DNA of 10,004 nucleotides from a virus: UHGV virus genome UHGV-0134101; one strand, 5' to 3'. Shown piece by piece: positions 1 to 6,377 of this stretch (position 1 is its first letter; each line of letters starts with the position of its first letter). The notes under the pieces were generated by a model. It saw only the letters and a program-made list of their open reading frames with translations, ran no database searches and was not told where the DNA came from. The position numbers and the translations under genes were made by a program.

Positions 1-175
1 AGGTAACGCAGAATACAGAAAATCGCAGGTGCATTTCTGCATCTGTGACAAGGTGGAAAGTTCAGATTGTGGTCGCATTTAAGTCCCCTTAAATGCGAAG
101 AAGTCACCAATGGGTGTTCAGGCCATCAGCAAAGAAAGTATGGACGGTTGATTCAACAAAATCAACTGAAGAGAT

Positions 176-193
176 AGGCCTCCGAAGAGGCTT
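176..193. terminator. Putative stem-loop, possibly a bidirectional intrinsic terminator, at the distal end of the leftward gene string
   Basis: 7-bp stem AGGCCTC/GAGGCTT (one G-U pair) with CGAA tetraloop, followed on the + strand by a U-rich tract TGTATGTTATTGATT. It lies about 30 bp past the stop of the 221-559 minus-strand CDS. The U-tract is imperfect in both directions. Confidence 0.3.
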
Positions 194-220
194 GTATGTT
201 ATTGATTACATTGTGACATG

Positions 221-559
221 TCACACTGCTAGTTTAGTTTCGTGCCAGCCACGCGTAACCCAGCATTGCGCATCACCGTCGCACGGACACGACTTAACCG
301 GCAGCGCATCGCCGCATTTACCGCAGCGGTTCGCGCTGATCGACTTAATGCGACCACGAACGCGGGCATCGTCCTGGCGGATCAGCATCGCGATGTATTC
401 GGCAGCATCGTACGGCGCGCGCCCAGGGCGACGGGCGGCGCAATTTCGCGCCAACATCTCCACTTCCTGCTCGTCGAGTTGCAGTTCAACCTTGCGTTCA
501 CCGGCTGCGCTCTGTCTGGCGCGCTGCGCTGCTTTGCGTTCGGCTGCGGATTTAGCCAT
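221..559 (-). CDS. Hypothetical phage protein, 112 aa, with a possible ribbon-helix-helix-like N-terminus and a Cys-rich C-terminus
   Basis: ORF track 221..577 trimmed to the ATG at 559-557, which has an upstream GAGGTG Shine-Dalgarno and a TGATG stop/start overlap with the upstream gene. Visibly GC-rich compared with its neighbours. The N-terminal segment VELQLDEQEVEMLARN...YDAAEYIAMLI fits a strand-helix-helix pattern; the C-terminus contains CGKCG and CPCDG. Confidence 0.5.
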   Translation of the reverse strand: MAKSAAERKAAQRARQSAAGERKVELQLDEQEVEMLARNCAARRPGRAPYDAAEYIAMLIRQDDARVRGRIKSISANRCGKCGDALPVKSCPCDGDAQCWVTRGWHETKLAV

Positions 560-741
560 CACTTCACCTCGACACATTTGATGTTATTGATGCGCGGCGA
601 TGTTTCATTCCACGAACGCTGTTCATCAGCAAGTCCGATCGCTTTGATTGCAGCTTGGCACTGCGCCATGCTTTCCATCGGCTCAACCTGCATATTCATG
701 CTTTGGCTAGTAATCACCATAATCAGGAAGATATAGCTCAT
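559..741 (-). CDS. Small hypothetical protein, 60 aa
   Basis: ORF track 559..741. Its ATG (741-739) overlaps the stop of the upstream 738-1565 gene as ATGA, and its stop overlaps the downstream start as TGATG, so it sits in a translationally coupled chain. Confidence 0.45.
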   Translation of the reverse strand: MSYIFLIMVITSQSMNMQVEPMESMAQCQAAIKAIGLADEQRSWNETSPRINNIKCVEVK

Positions 742-1565
742 TCATCCCCCTGCTTCGGCGCTGCTGGCAGCGATTGCCAGTGAGTTACCCTGAAAACTTT
801 CCCTTCGAAATCTTCCATTCCCTCATCGCAATTTGTATCGCAATCCTGAAACTTGTTACTCCACGCAGGATCGAACCAGGCAGTAACGATACCGAAAGAA
901 GAAGCGACGAGATATTTTCCATCTTTTTCGGGCATCCGCTCGCTGCACTTAGTCCAGCTATCCGGGATTACCGGAGGGTTGCCGCTAACAGCCTCCTGAA
1001 AGCGTTCAAGCTCCACGTACTCATGACATGACCAACCGCCATCAATAAAATCGCGAGCTTCAACAGCATCGAAAGTGAACGATGTTTCACCGCCGGTTGG
1101 CGAGGTTAGGCCGTACAGGTCTGCTACCGGCTTAAACTGTGTGGCTGGAATATTTTCCGGAATATTTTGCGGTTCGTTTTGTGGTCGATCGGCACCCTGA
1201 AGCATGGCGGCGCGATAGGCGTTCCAGCCAACAGCTTTTCCGTGTTCCAACGCGCTGTCAAAGTCATCATCCATTTCCATCGCAGCGGGCACAGATACCG
1301 GCGCTGGCGGGGCGGTGTAGAGCGGCATTACCTCAATATTGAAGATATCCCCCTCGCTTGGACACGCCTCTGCGCTACCGTAAACCCAAGGGTGAACGAC
1401 TCCGTTACGCTTGTTGATTAATCTGTGCGCCCACGCCACAGGCTCCGCTTCGAGCGATGCCAGCGCGATACGCGCCAGCGCCGAAGCCTCACCGCATTGA
1501 ACGTGGTCAGTTTCGATAATTTGCTGTAACTGCTCTTTGGTGAATTCTCTGGTAATAGTGGTCAT
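738..1565 (-). CDS. Phage protein with a DUF551-like C-terminal domain, 275 aa
   Basis: ORF track 738..1565 with a GGTGAGGA Shine-Dalgarno 8-9 nt upstream of the ATG at 1565. The C-terminal segment (KYLVASSFGIVTAWFDP...VTHWQSLPAAP) resembles the DUF551 pattern common in lambdoid prophage accessory genes; this is from memory, not a search. Confidence 0.65.
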   Translation of the reverse strand: MTTITREFTKEQLQQIIETDHVQCGEASALARIALASLEAEPVAWAHRLINKRNGVVHPWVYGSAEACPSEGDIFNIEVMPLYTAPPAPVSVPAAMEMDDDFDSALEHGKAVGWNAYRAAMLQGADRPQNEPQNIPENIPATQFKPVADLYGLTSPTGGETSFTFDAVEARDFIDGGWSCHEYVELERFQEAVSGNPPVIPDSWTKCSERMPEKDGKYLVASSFGIVTAWFDPAWSNKFQDCDTNCDEGMEDFEGKVFRVTHWQSLPAAPKQGDE

Positions 1566-1568
1566 GGG

Positions 1569-2000
1569 TTAGTCCTCACCTTTCTGTTGCACTACCGGAA
1601 CCGATAAATCGACGCACCAGGAGATAACGCCGAATTGATCATCGTTCTGCGCTTCACCCCAAACGTAATATTTTGATCCTGGCCGACCCATTGCCGGGTC
1701 AAATACTTCTATGCCGCGTTCTGCCGTTAACGACATCAGAATCTGATGCAGGCCGCCTTTGATGTTCAGTGACGGAACGGTCAGGAAGTAAATAAACCCG
1801 TAAAGCAATTCGGCCTTGCGCTGGCTTCCGTAAAAATACGGGATTTTGTAATAATCCAGCGCGTCGTCGAGCCAGTCTGTTTTGTCGTGGAATTTCTGAT
1901 GCCAGCGTTCCACTACCTCATCGACAGGTTGACCGGCAACCATTGCAACGCAGGTAGCCATGCAGGTGTTAAATGTTGGCTGCATTTGATGTTGAAGCAT
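1569..2000 (-). CDS. Hypothetical protein, about 143 aa, with an N-terminal papain/C39-peptidase-like Cys motif
   Basis: ORF track 1569..2003; the likely start is the ATG at 2000-1998 (TGATG overlap with the upstream stop, AAGGGGGAG Shine-Dalgarno). The motif Q-x5-C-MAT-C-VAMV near the N-terminus, with a downstream His (GGLHQ) and Asp, resembles the Q/C/H/D arrangement of C39-type cysteine peptidases. Confidence 0.55.
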   Translation of the reverse strand: MLQHQMQPTFNTCMATCVAMVAGQPVDEVVERWHQKFHDKTDWLDDALDYYKIPYFYGSQRKAELLYGFIYFLTVPSLNIKGGLHQILMSLTAERGIEVFDPAMGRPGSKYYVWGEAQNDDQFGVISWCVDLSVPVVQQKGED

Positions 2001-2542
2001 CACTCCCCCTTACCGATGCCAGCGGCGCGGTCTATGCGTTCGATTTCAGCCAGAATTAAAGCCCCTGCTTTTACCAGGTTGCGACGGCGGGCATTTGGCT
2101 TCCACCATGAAGCATCCCAAGGCCACCCCCACGGCTTGCCACCATTGCGGTTAACAGTTCCTGTTTCGTTTATGTAACAAACCGCCGCCATTGCCAGTTC
2201 CCCGTTGCAGTGTTCGTCATCATGCTCTGGCATCCACCCCTCAACCGATTGTTGCCGCTGGCGCTCTGCTATCACATCCATAATTGCAGGATTGAATGCA
2301 CGCGCTTCCAGTTCTGCAATGCGCTTCTCTGCTGCTTCCAACTCATCCAGCATCGCCAGCACGGTAGTGGGGTTTGCTGCGGAGTTCAGCGCGTTCAAGG
2401 CAGTGATATCTGCATCAAGCTGAGTTCCTTCTGCCAGTGAGATATCGAAAATGTCATCAGGCGGCATAACACTAAGGCGCTCATGTGCGCCAACTGCTGC
2501 CGCTGCCATTTCACGCAGCGCCTGTTTGTCGATGTTGCTCAT
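2000..2542 (-). CDS. Hypothetical phage protein, 180 aa, with an N-terminal coiled-coil; possibly Ead/Ea22-like
   Basis: ORF track 2000..2542; its ATG overlaps the upstream stop as ATGA. The N-terminus (MSNIDKQALRE..., EKRIAELEARA) is coiled-coil-like and the C-terminal half is Trp-rich (GKPWGWPWDASWW). The family assignment is tentative and from memory. Confidence 0.55.
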   Translation of the reverse strand: MSNIDKQALREMAAAAVGAHERLSVMPPDDIFDISLAEGTQLDADITALNALNSAANPTTVLAMLDELEAAEKRIAELEARAFNPAIMDVIAERQRQQSVEGWMPEHDDEHCNGELAMAAVCYINETGTVNRNGGKPWGWPWDASWWKPNARRRNLVKAGALILAEIERIDRAAGIGKGE

Positions 2543-2787
2543 TGGGCGGCCTCCACTGCGGGTAACTCCGAAAGCTGCTCAAACCCATCTTCGAGTTCGC
2601 AAAATTCTATCGAGCCAGTGAATTCGGGCTCATTCAGCTTAAGACGAATAAAATCAGCAGATGCCGGTTCGAAAGTAACGGTCCACCAACCATATTCATC
2701 TCTACCGGCACCGCTTCCGTCGTACTCGACATTAGCCGTCAGGCCTTTCTCTTTCAGAATTTTGTTAATTTTGCGACGAGTACTCAT
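2539..2787 (-). CDS. Hypothetical protein, 82 aa
   Basis: ORF track 2539..2787 with ATGA overlaps at both ends, consistent with a coupled operon member. Confidence 0.55.
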   Translation of the reverse strand: MSTRRKINKILKEKGLTANVEYDGSGAGRDEYGWWTVTFEPASADFIRLKLNEPEFTGSIEFCELEDGFEQLSELPAVEAAQ

Positions 2788-3344
2788 GACTGCACTCCTT
2801 TGCGAATCTCCTTCAAAACAGCGCGCACAATTGCGTTACCGCGAGACACATATTCGAGGTGCCAAACGTCGCCGTCAGGCTCTGGCGGCTGCCCAGACCA
2901 AATAACGGTCTGGAGCGTTGCATCATCAACGTTGTCGTAATCAGCCAACACAGTTGCAATTTGATAAGGTAATTGGCTACCTCTCAGAAACTCATCCACA
3001 CCCTGCGCGCGCACTTCAGCCAGGAAAGCGTCGGTGGCTGGGGTTTCACAGTAAGCAATACGCAAATTAGGCATGCACTTATCCATCATCTGCTCCATTT
3101 CACTAGGCTCAGCAGCAGCCCAATGAGCCAATGTTTCTTTCGCTGCCGCCTTCAGCCCCGCATTCTCCGCAGCCAGCGCCGCGCATCTGGCTTTAAGCTC
3201 TGATAATCGGTCACTGCATTCCGCCAGCACCACATCAACATCGGTATCAAGCGGAGGAACATGCATGCTGGCGCGGCCTTTGGTGAAGTCTTCAAGTGCC
3301 TTTTCGATTCGTTCTTTCAGTGCTGGCTGTGTATTATTTTTCAT
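2784..3344 (-). CDS. Hypothetical protein, about 186 aa
   Basis: ORF track 2784..3398 begins at a GTG; the in-frame ATG at 3344-3342 has a better Shine-Dalgarno (GGGGTGAGAG 4-8 nt upstream). The start is ambiguous between 3398 and 3344. Confidence 0.55.
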   Translation of the reverse strand: MKNNTQPALKERIEKALEDFTKGRASMHVPPLDTDVDVVLAECSDRLSELKARCAALAAENAGLKAAAKETLAHWAAAEPSEMEQMMDKCMPNLRIAYCETPATDAFLAEVRAQGVDEFLRGSQLPYQIATVLADYDNVDDATLQTVIWSGQPPEPDGDVWHLEYVSRGNAIVRAVLKEIRKGVQS

Positions 3345-3487
3345 GCTCTCACCCCGTATACGCTTAAAATTCTTTTCATCGCCGCGCTGTTGCGGCACTC
3401 CTGGCAGATCACGTTTGTGTCCGTCCGCTGAATTAACTTCGTCGTGCCAATCTTCCTGCCTGGTACTGTGTCAGCTGCATAGCGCAT
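3341..3487 (-). CDS. Possible unlisted small ORF, 48 aa (MRYAADTVPGRKIGTTKLIQRTDTNVICQECRNSAAMKRILSVYGVRA)
   Basis: Hand-translated from the minus strand. ATG at 3487-3485; its stop TGA overlaps the ATG at 3344 as ATGA. No clear Shine-Dalgarno. It would fill an otherwise gene-free gap in a tightly coupled gene string. Confidence 0.25.
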   Translation of the reverse strand: MRYAADTVPGRKIGTTKLIQRTDTNVICQECRNSAAMKRILSVYGVRA

Positions 3488-3498
3488 GCCGTAACTGG

Positions 3499-3681
3499 TC
3501 AGGCTGTAAAGCCGCTGGCCATATTTGCCTTCGCAGCTGACAGGCCCTCGGCCAGCAGCGTGCTCACCGTTCCGGATATCTTTTTGGTGGTCATGCCGAT
3601 CATGCTGGCAATACGAGCACTGTTCAGGCCCGGGTTGTTACGCAGGGCTGCAAGAATCTGCCCGCGGATTGTTATGGTCAT
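3499..3681 (-). CDS. Small putative winged-helix/HTH DNA-binding protein, 60 aa
   Basis: ORF track 3499..3681; its ATG overlaps the stop of the DnaC-like gene as ATGA. The sequence ILAALRNNPGLNSARIASMIGMTTKKISGTVSTLLAEGL has an HTH-like pattern. Confidence 0.5.
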   Translation of the reverse strand: MTITIRGQILAALRNNPGLNSARIASMIGMTTKKISGTVSTLLAEGLSAAKANMASGFTA

Positions 3682-4532
3682 GCTGCCCCCTTAGAACGGT
3701 AAGAATCCCACGTGAATGACAGAGTGCACCCGCCGCCATCGCTCATGCGGTCAAGAACGCGCTCGCCGATGAATGCTGCCAGCTCTTCCCTTGTCTGGTT
3801 GCTGATCAGGATGGTCGGCTTCATCCGCTCGTACCGGGTGTTGATGATTTCGAACATGATCAGCTTCTCGGCCTCGCTGCCGAACTGGACGTCAACCTCG
3901 TCGATGATCAAAAGGTCCGGAGTGGTGAAGTGCGCAATCACGTCGTTCTCGCTGCGCGTCGCAGTTTTCGACCACGTTGATTTGAACTCACGGGCAATCT
4001 TCAGCGCGGTGGTAAAAATTACCGGGCTCTGGTGTTTCTCGATGACATCACGGGCGATCGCCAGGGCAAGGTGGTTTTTACCGGTTCCCGGCTTGCCGCA
4101 CATCACCAGACCACCTCCCTGCTTCAGCCGCTCGGGCCACTTCGCGGCATACGCCTGACAAACCCGCAGCGCACGTTCTGACTCCTTGCCAACCGGCTGA
4201 TAGTTTTCCAGCGTGCACGTCACAAAGCGCTCAGGGATTTCGAGCTGACGCAGCAGGCGATCGATGTTCTGCTGGCGAGTGCGGTCTTCCCAACGCTTTT
4301 TCTCGTCATACAGGAAGCTCAGCTCATCGCGAAGGCAGCCCGGACAACGAGTCGGCGGCGACGGCAGCTTGATTAGGCTGCTGGTAAGCACGCGTTTACG
4401 CTGTTCGTATTCGCCGTGTTTCTCGCAAAGCACCGTTTCGAAGACGGTCTCGCAGTTAGGGAGTTGCTCTGGCGGCCTGCCGAGAACTTCCAGCATTTTT
4501 TCGATAGCGTCGATTTTTTCGAGCAGCTCCAT
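3678..4532 (-). CDS. DnaC-like replicative helicase loader (AAA+ ATPase, IstB/DnaC family)
   Basis: ORF track 3678..4550 trimmed to the ATG at 4532-4530, which sits 2 nt after the stop of the O-like gene with a GAGGGA Shine-Dalgarno. Walker A GKPGTGKNHLALA matches the Asn-containing P-loop of E. coli DnaC; Walker B is LLIIDEVD. Confidence 0.85.
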   Translation of the reverse strand: MELLEKIDAIEKMLEVLGRPPEQLPNCETVFETVLCEKHGEYEQRKRVLTSSLIKLPSPPTRCPGCLRDELSFLYDEKKRWEDRTRQQNIDRLLRQLEIPERFVTCTLENYQPVGKESERALRVCQAYAAKWPERLKQGGGLVMCGKPGTGKNHLALAIARDVIEKHQSPVIFTTALKIAREFKSTWSKTATRSENDVIAHFTTPDLLIIDEVDVQFGSEAEKLIMFEIINTRYERMKPTILISNQTREELAAFIGERVLDRMSDGGGCTLSFTWDSYRSKGAA

Positions 4533-4534
4533 AC

Positions 4535-5389
4535 TCAGTCCCTCGCCCATGACGGGATTTCAGTCTGGCCATAGTCCTTGCCAGCGAAGTTCTCGGATAC
4601 GCGAGTCTGATTGCGGGCTGGCTGCTTGATGCCTTTCGGTTCAAACAATCCCTGCCAGCCGTTCGCAATGCTCTGGTTGATGATTTCTTCAGGCTGATAT
4701 CCGCTGCACTTGCAACGCTCGAGCAGGTTGATGGCCTGGGTAACCGTCTGCTGAGACTTGATCGGTTTCTTCAGGTCGCGACGATAATCGACCCATGACT
4801 TCCAGACTGAAACTGACAGCCATTCAGGAAGGTCAACACCGGCCGGATCGAACGAAGCCGGTTTGGGGGATTTAGGGGGTTTATTAATATTGTCTTTATT
4901 GTCTTTTGTATGTTTGTCTTTTGTGTTTACCTGATTTGGGTAAGTGTCGTTACCTGATTCGGGTAAACATTTCTTACCTGATACGGGTAAATTTACCTCT
5001 TTCAGGTAAACTTTATTTTCGTTACCTGATTTGGGTAATTTCACCCATTCGCTGACCGCTTTGTTAATCCCCACAGTTCGCCCGATTTGGGTAAATACCC
5101 CGCGCTTAACTAACGCGCTTTTAGCAGCAGAGCATTTGTGTGGGAGGATGCCGGTCAGGGCAGATAACTGATCATTGCTTACCCAGTCTGCCTTTTTGTT
5201 GAAACCGTATGTTTTGCGCATTACTGCCATGAAGACCAGCAGCTGATGCTGAGACAATCCAGCCAGCATGACAGCCTCCAGAAGTTCATTGGCGATGCGC
5301 GTATAGCCATCATCAAGATCTGCCACGCGCGGCTCCTTAGGTGCCACGTCAGGCACAGGGAAATTGATTACTTCGGCAGTGTTTGCCAT
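4535..5389 (-). CDS. Replication initiator, lambda O-like N-terminal domain with a linker and distinct C-terminal domain, 284 aa
   Basis: ORF track 4535..5389 with an AGGAG Shine-Dalgarno 7 nt upstream. The N-terminal region (GYTRIANELLEAVMLAGLSQHQLLVFMAVMRKTYGFNKKADWVSNDQLSALTG) matches the phage replication protein O N-terminal DNA-binding pattern. The iteron array lies inside the Lys/Pro/Asn-rich linker-coding part, as for lambda ori within O. Confidence 0.8.
   Translation of the reverse strand: MANTAEVINFPVPDVAPKEPRVADLDDGYTRIANELLEAVMLAGLSQHQLLVFMAVMRKTYGFNKKADWVSNDQLSALTGILPHKCSAAKSALVKRGVFTQIGRTVGINKAVSEWVKLPKSGNENKVYLKEVNLPVSGKKCLPESGNDTYPNQVNTKDKHTKDNKDNINKPPKSPKPASFDPAGVDLPEWLSVSVWKSWVDYRRDLKKPIKSQQTVTQAINLLERCKCSGYQPEEIINQSIANGWQGLFEPKGIKQPARNQTRVSENFAGKDYGQTEIPSWARD
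4881..4926. other. AT-rich DNA-unwinding-element-like tract adjacent to the iterons
   Basis: TTATTAATATTGTCTTTATTGTCTTTTGTATGTTTGTCTTTTGTG directly abuts the iteron array; in gene orientation it lies downstream of the iterons, as in lambda ori. Confidence 0.6.
4927..5038. repeat. Origin-of-replication iterons: five 17-bp repeats TTACCTGAT(T/A)(T/C)GGGTAA
   Basis: Copies at 4927-4943, 4950-4966, 4974-4990, 4993-5009 (variant TTACCTCTTTCAGGTAA) and 5022-5038, plus a half-copy at 5084-5094. Each has palindromic TTACC...GGTAA ends; spacing is 19-29 bp. Confidence 0.75.
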
Positions 5390-5425
5390 AATTGCTCCTG
5401 TGAATTGATCCAGTTAATTCCACCA

Positions 5426-5458
5426 GAAAGCTGTTGGTGTTCGAGCACCACAGCTTTC
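5426..5458. other. Long stem-loop in the intergenic region between the CII-like and O-like genes
   Basis: GAAAGCTGTTGGTG/CACCACAGCTTTC arms, about 13 bp with one bulged T, around a TTCGAG loop. On the + strand (antisense to the operon) it is followed by CATTTCTGTTGTTCTC. Confidence 0.5.
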
Positions 5459-5474
5459 GCCATTTCTGTTGTTC

Positions 5475-6017
5475 TCACATAACCCCCAGCATCGATGTCA
5501 CCATCGTCATCAGCGGCCCTACCTGCTCCGGCATGAGGCGAAACAATGACGCTATGCCCTCGCTTACCTCCTTCATTTTCTGGTGCTCAGGCGCGTTCAG
5601 GAGAACGGCTTGCTTTGCTTCTGAACATTCCTTCATGGCAGATGCGATCAGCGACATGGTGTCGTTCTGCGGCGCCAGGCGTGTACGAAACTCAACAGGA
5701 AGAACAGCCATGATTGCCGGGGTCAGTTCTCTAACGTTCTCGCGGTACTGATCGGAGTCGAAGCGGTTATCCAGAAAGCGAAAAAGTTTCTGGCGCGCCC
5801 TGCTGATGTCTTCTGGGAAGCTGATGGCGGTACCGCCCTGCTCCCGGTATTCGTTGATGATCAGCGCTGACACTACGTCCTGATTGTCCAGGGACGACGA
5901 CCATGCACGGACCGCATCGCGGATTTTGTCGTGACCTGGCTCCGCCTTAGGTTGAGCGCGGTTTATCATCGCTCCCGGGTGTATTCCGGTATTGTGTTGA
6001 TACGCAAGTGAATGCAT
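5475..6017 (-). CDS. CII-position regulatory protein, 180 aa; possibly YdaT/CII-like
   Basis: ORF track 5475..6017 with an AAGGGAA Shine-Dalgarno. It sits between the Cro-like and O-like genes, as ydaT does in Rac-type prophages. The family call is based on synteny and memory, not a search. Confidence 0.55.
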   Translation of the reverse strand: MHSLAYQHNTGIHPGAMINRAQPKAEPGHDKIRDAVRAWSSSLDNQDVVSALIINEYREQGGTAISFPEDISRARQKLFRFLDNRFDSDQYRENVRELTPAIMAVLPVEFRTRLAPQNDTMSLIASAMKECSEAKQAVLLNAPEHQKMKEVSEGIASLFRLMPEQVGPLMTMVTSMLGVM

Positions 6018-6039
6018 TGCTTTCCCTTTCGTGGTTAGG

Positions 6040-6056
6040 GCCGCCGGTCAGGCGGC
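6040..6056. other. GC-rich stem-loop at the cro/CII-like junction (tR1- or boxB-like position)
   Basis: GCCGCC-GGTCA-GGCGGC, a 6-bp stem with a 5-nt loop, overlapping the Cro-like stop codon (6048-6050). No U-tract follows on the minus strand, so it is not a canonical intrinsic terminator. Confidence 0.3.
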
Positions 6057-6293
6057 TGTCGATTCATTTTTAATTCGGTCAGGGTTTGCAGCCTGTAGTA
6101 GCCACTCTGCCGTAAACTGCCCTTTTGATGCGTCAGCCAAAAGCTGTGAATAGTTGGTTTTCTCTGTGTACTCAGTGCGAGGCAACGCCGCGTTCTTTAC
6201 CCACTTGTGAATAGCAACATTCGACAGACCACATAGGCGTGCCGCTGCGGTTTGTCCGCCTACAGCTTCGATTGCAAATTGCATTGGGTTCAT
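6048..6293 (-). CDS. cro: Cro-like (YdaS/Cro family) HTH transcriptional regulator, 81 aa
   Basis: ORF track 6048..6293. First gene transcribed leftward from the divergent operator region. The HTH pattern EAVGGQTAAARLCGLSNVAIHKWVKN is typical of Cro/YdaS-type proteins. The symbol is a positional and functional analogy, not established orthology. Confidence 0.75.
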   Translation of the reverse strand: MNPMQFAIEAVGGQTAAARLCGLSNVAIHKWVKNAALPRTEYTEKTNYSQLLADASKGQFTAEWLLQAANPDRIKNESTAA

Positions 6294-6300
6294 AGTGTTT

Positions 6301-6377
6301 TCCGTTAACTATATTAACTACGAGTTAAGGTTATATCTTAACTGACAGTTATGTCAACTCTAATTGATAATTAACAC
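6301..6377. promoter_or_regulatory. OR-like divergent operator/promoter region (pR-like leftward, pRM-like rightward)
   Basis: Two 13-bp palindromic sites TAAC-N5-GTTA at 6315-6327 (TAACTACGAGTTA) and 6339-6351 (TAACTGACAGTTA), 24 bp centre to centre. Leftward promoter on the minus strand: -35 TTGACA (6357-6352), 16-bp spacer, -10 TATAAC (6335-6330). Rightward promoter: -35 CTGACA (6342-6347), 18-bp spacer, -10 GATAAT (6366-6371), placing the start at or near the A of the cI ATG (6378). Confidence 0.65.

Noticed and set aside
212-225. CRP binding site
   Set aside because: The half-sites TGTGA/TCACA are present but separated by 4 bp rather than the canonical 6 bp, so it is not called as a CRP site.
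93-581. 162-aa + strand ORF
   Set aside because: It runs through the inverted repeats and hairpin at 147-225 and is antisense to the GC-rich 221-559 gene. It has no Shine-Dalgarno and its composition is Arg/Ser/Ala-rich, typical of a GC-driven spurious frame.
242-736. 164-aa + strand ORF
   Set aside because: Antisense to two translationally coupled minus-strand genes; low-complexity Arg/Ala-rich translation; no ribosome-binding site.
2000-2542. Confident Ea22 or DUF550 family assignment for the 180-aa protein
   Set aside because: The resemblance is from memory of an N-terminal coiled-coil and a Trp-rich C-terminus only; it is not verifiable without a search, so the call is left tentative.
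3345-3398. GTG-initiated N-terminal extension of the 2784-3398 ORF
   Set aside because: The in-frame ATG at 3344 has a much better Shine-Dalgarno; the extension is kept only as an alternative.
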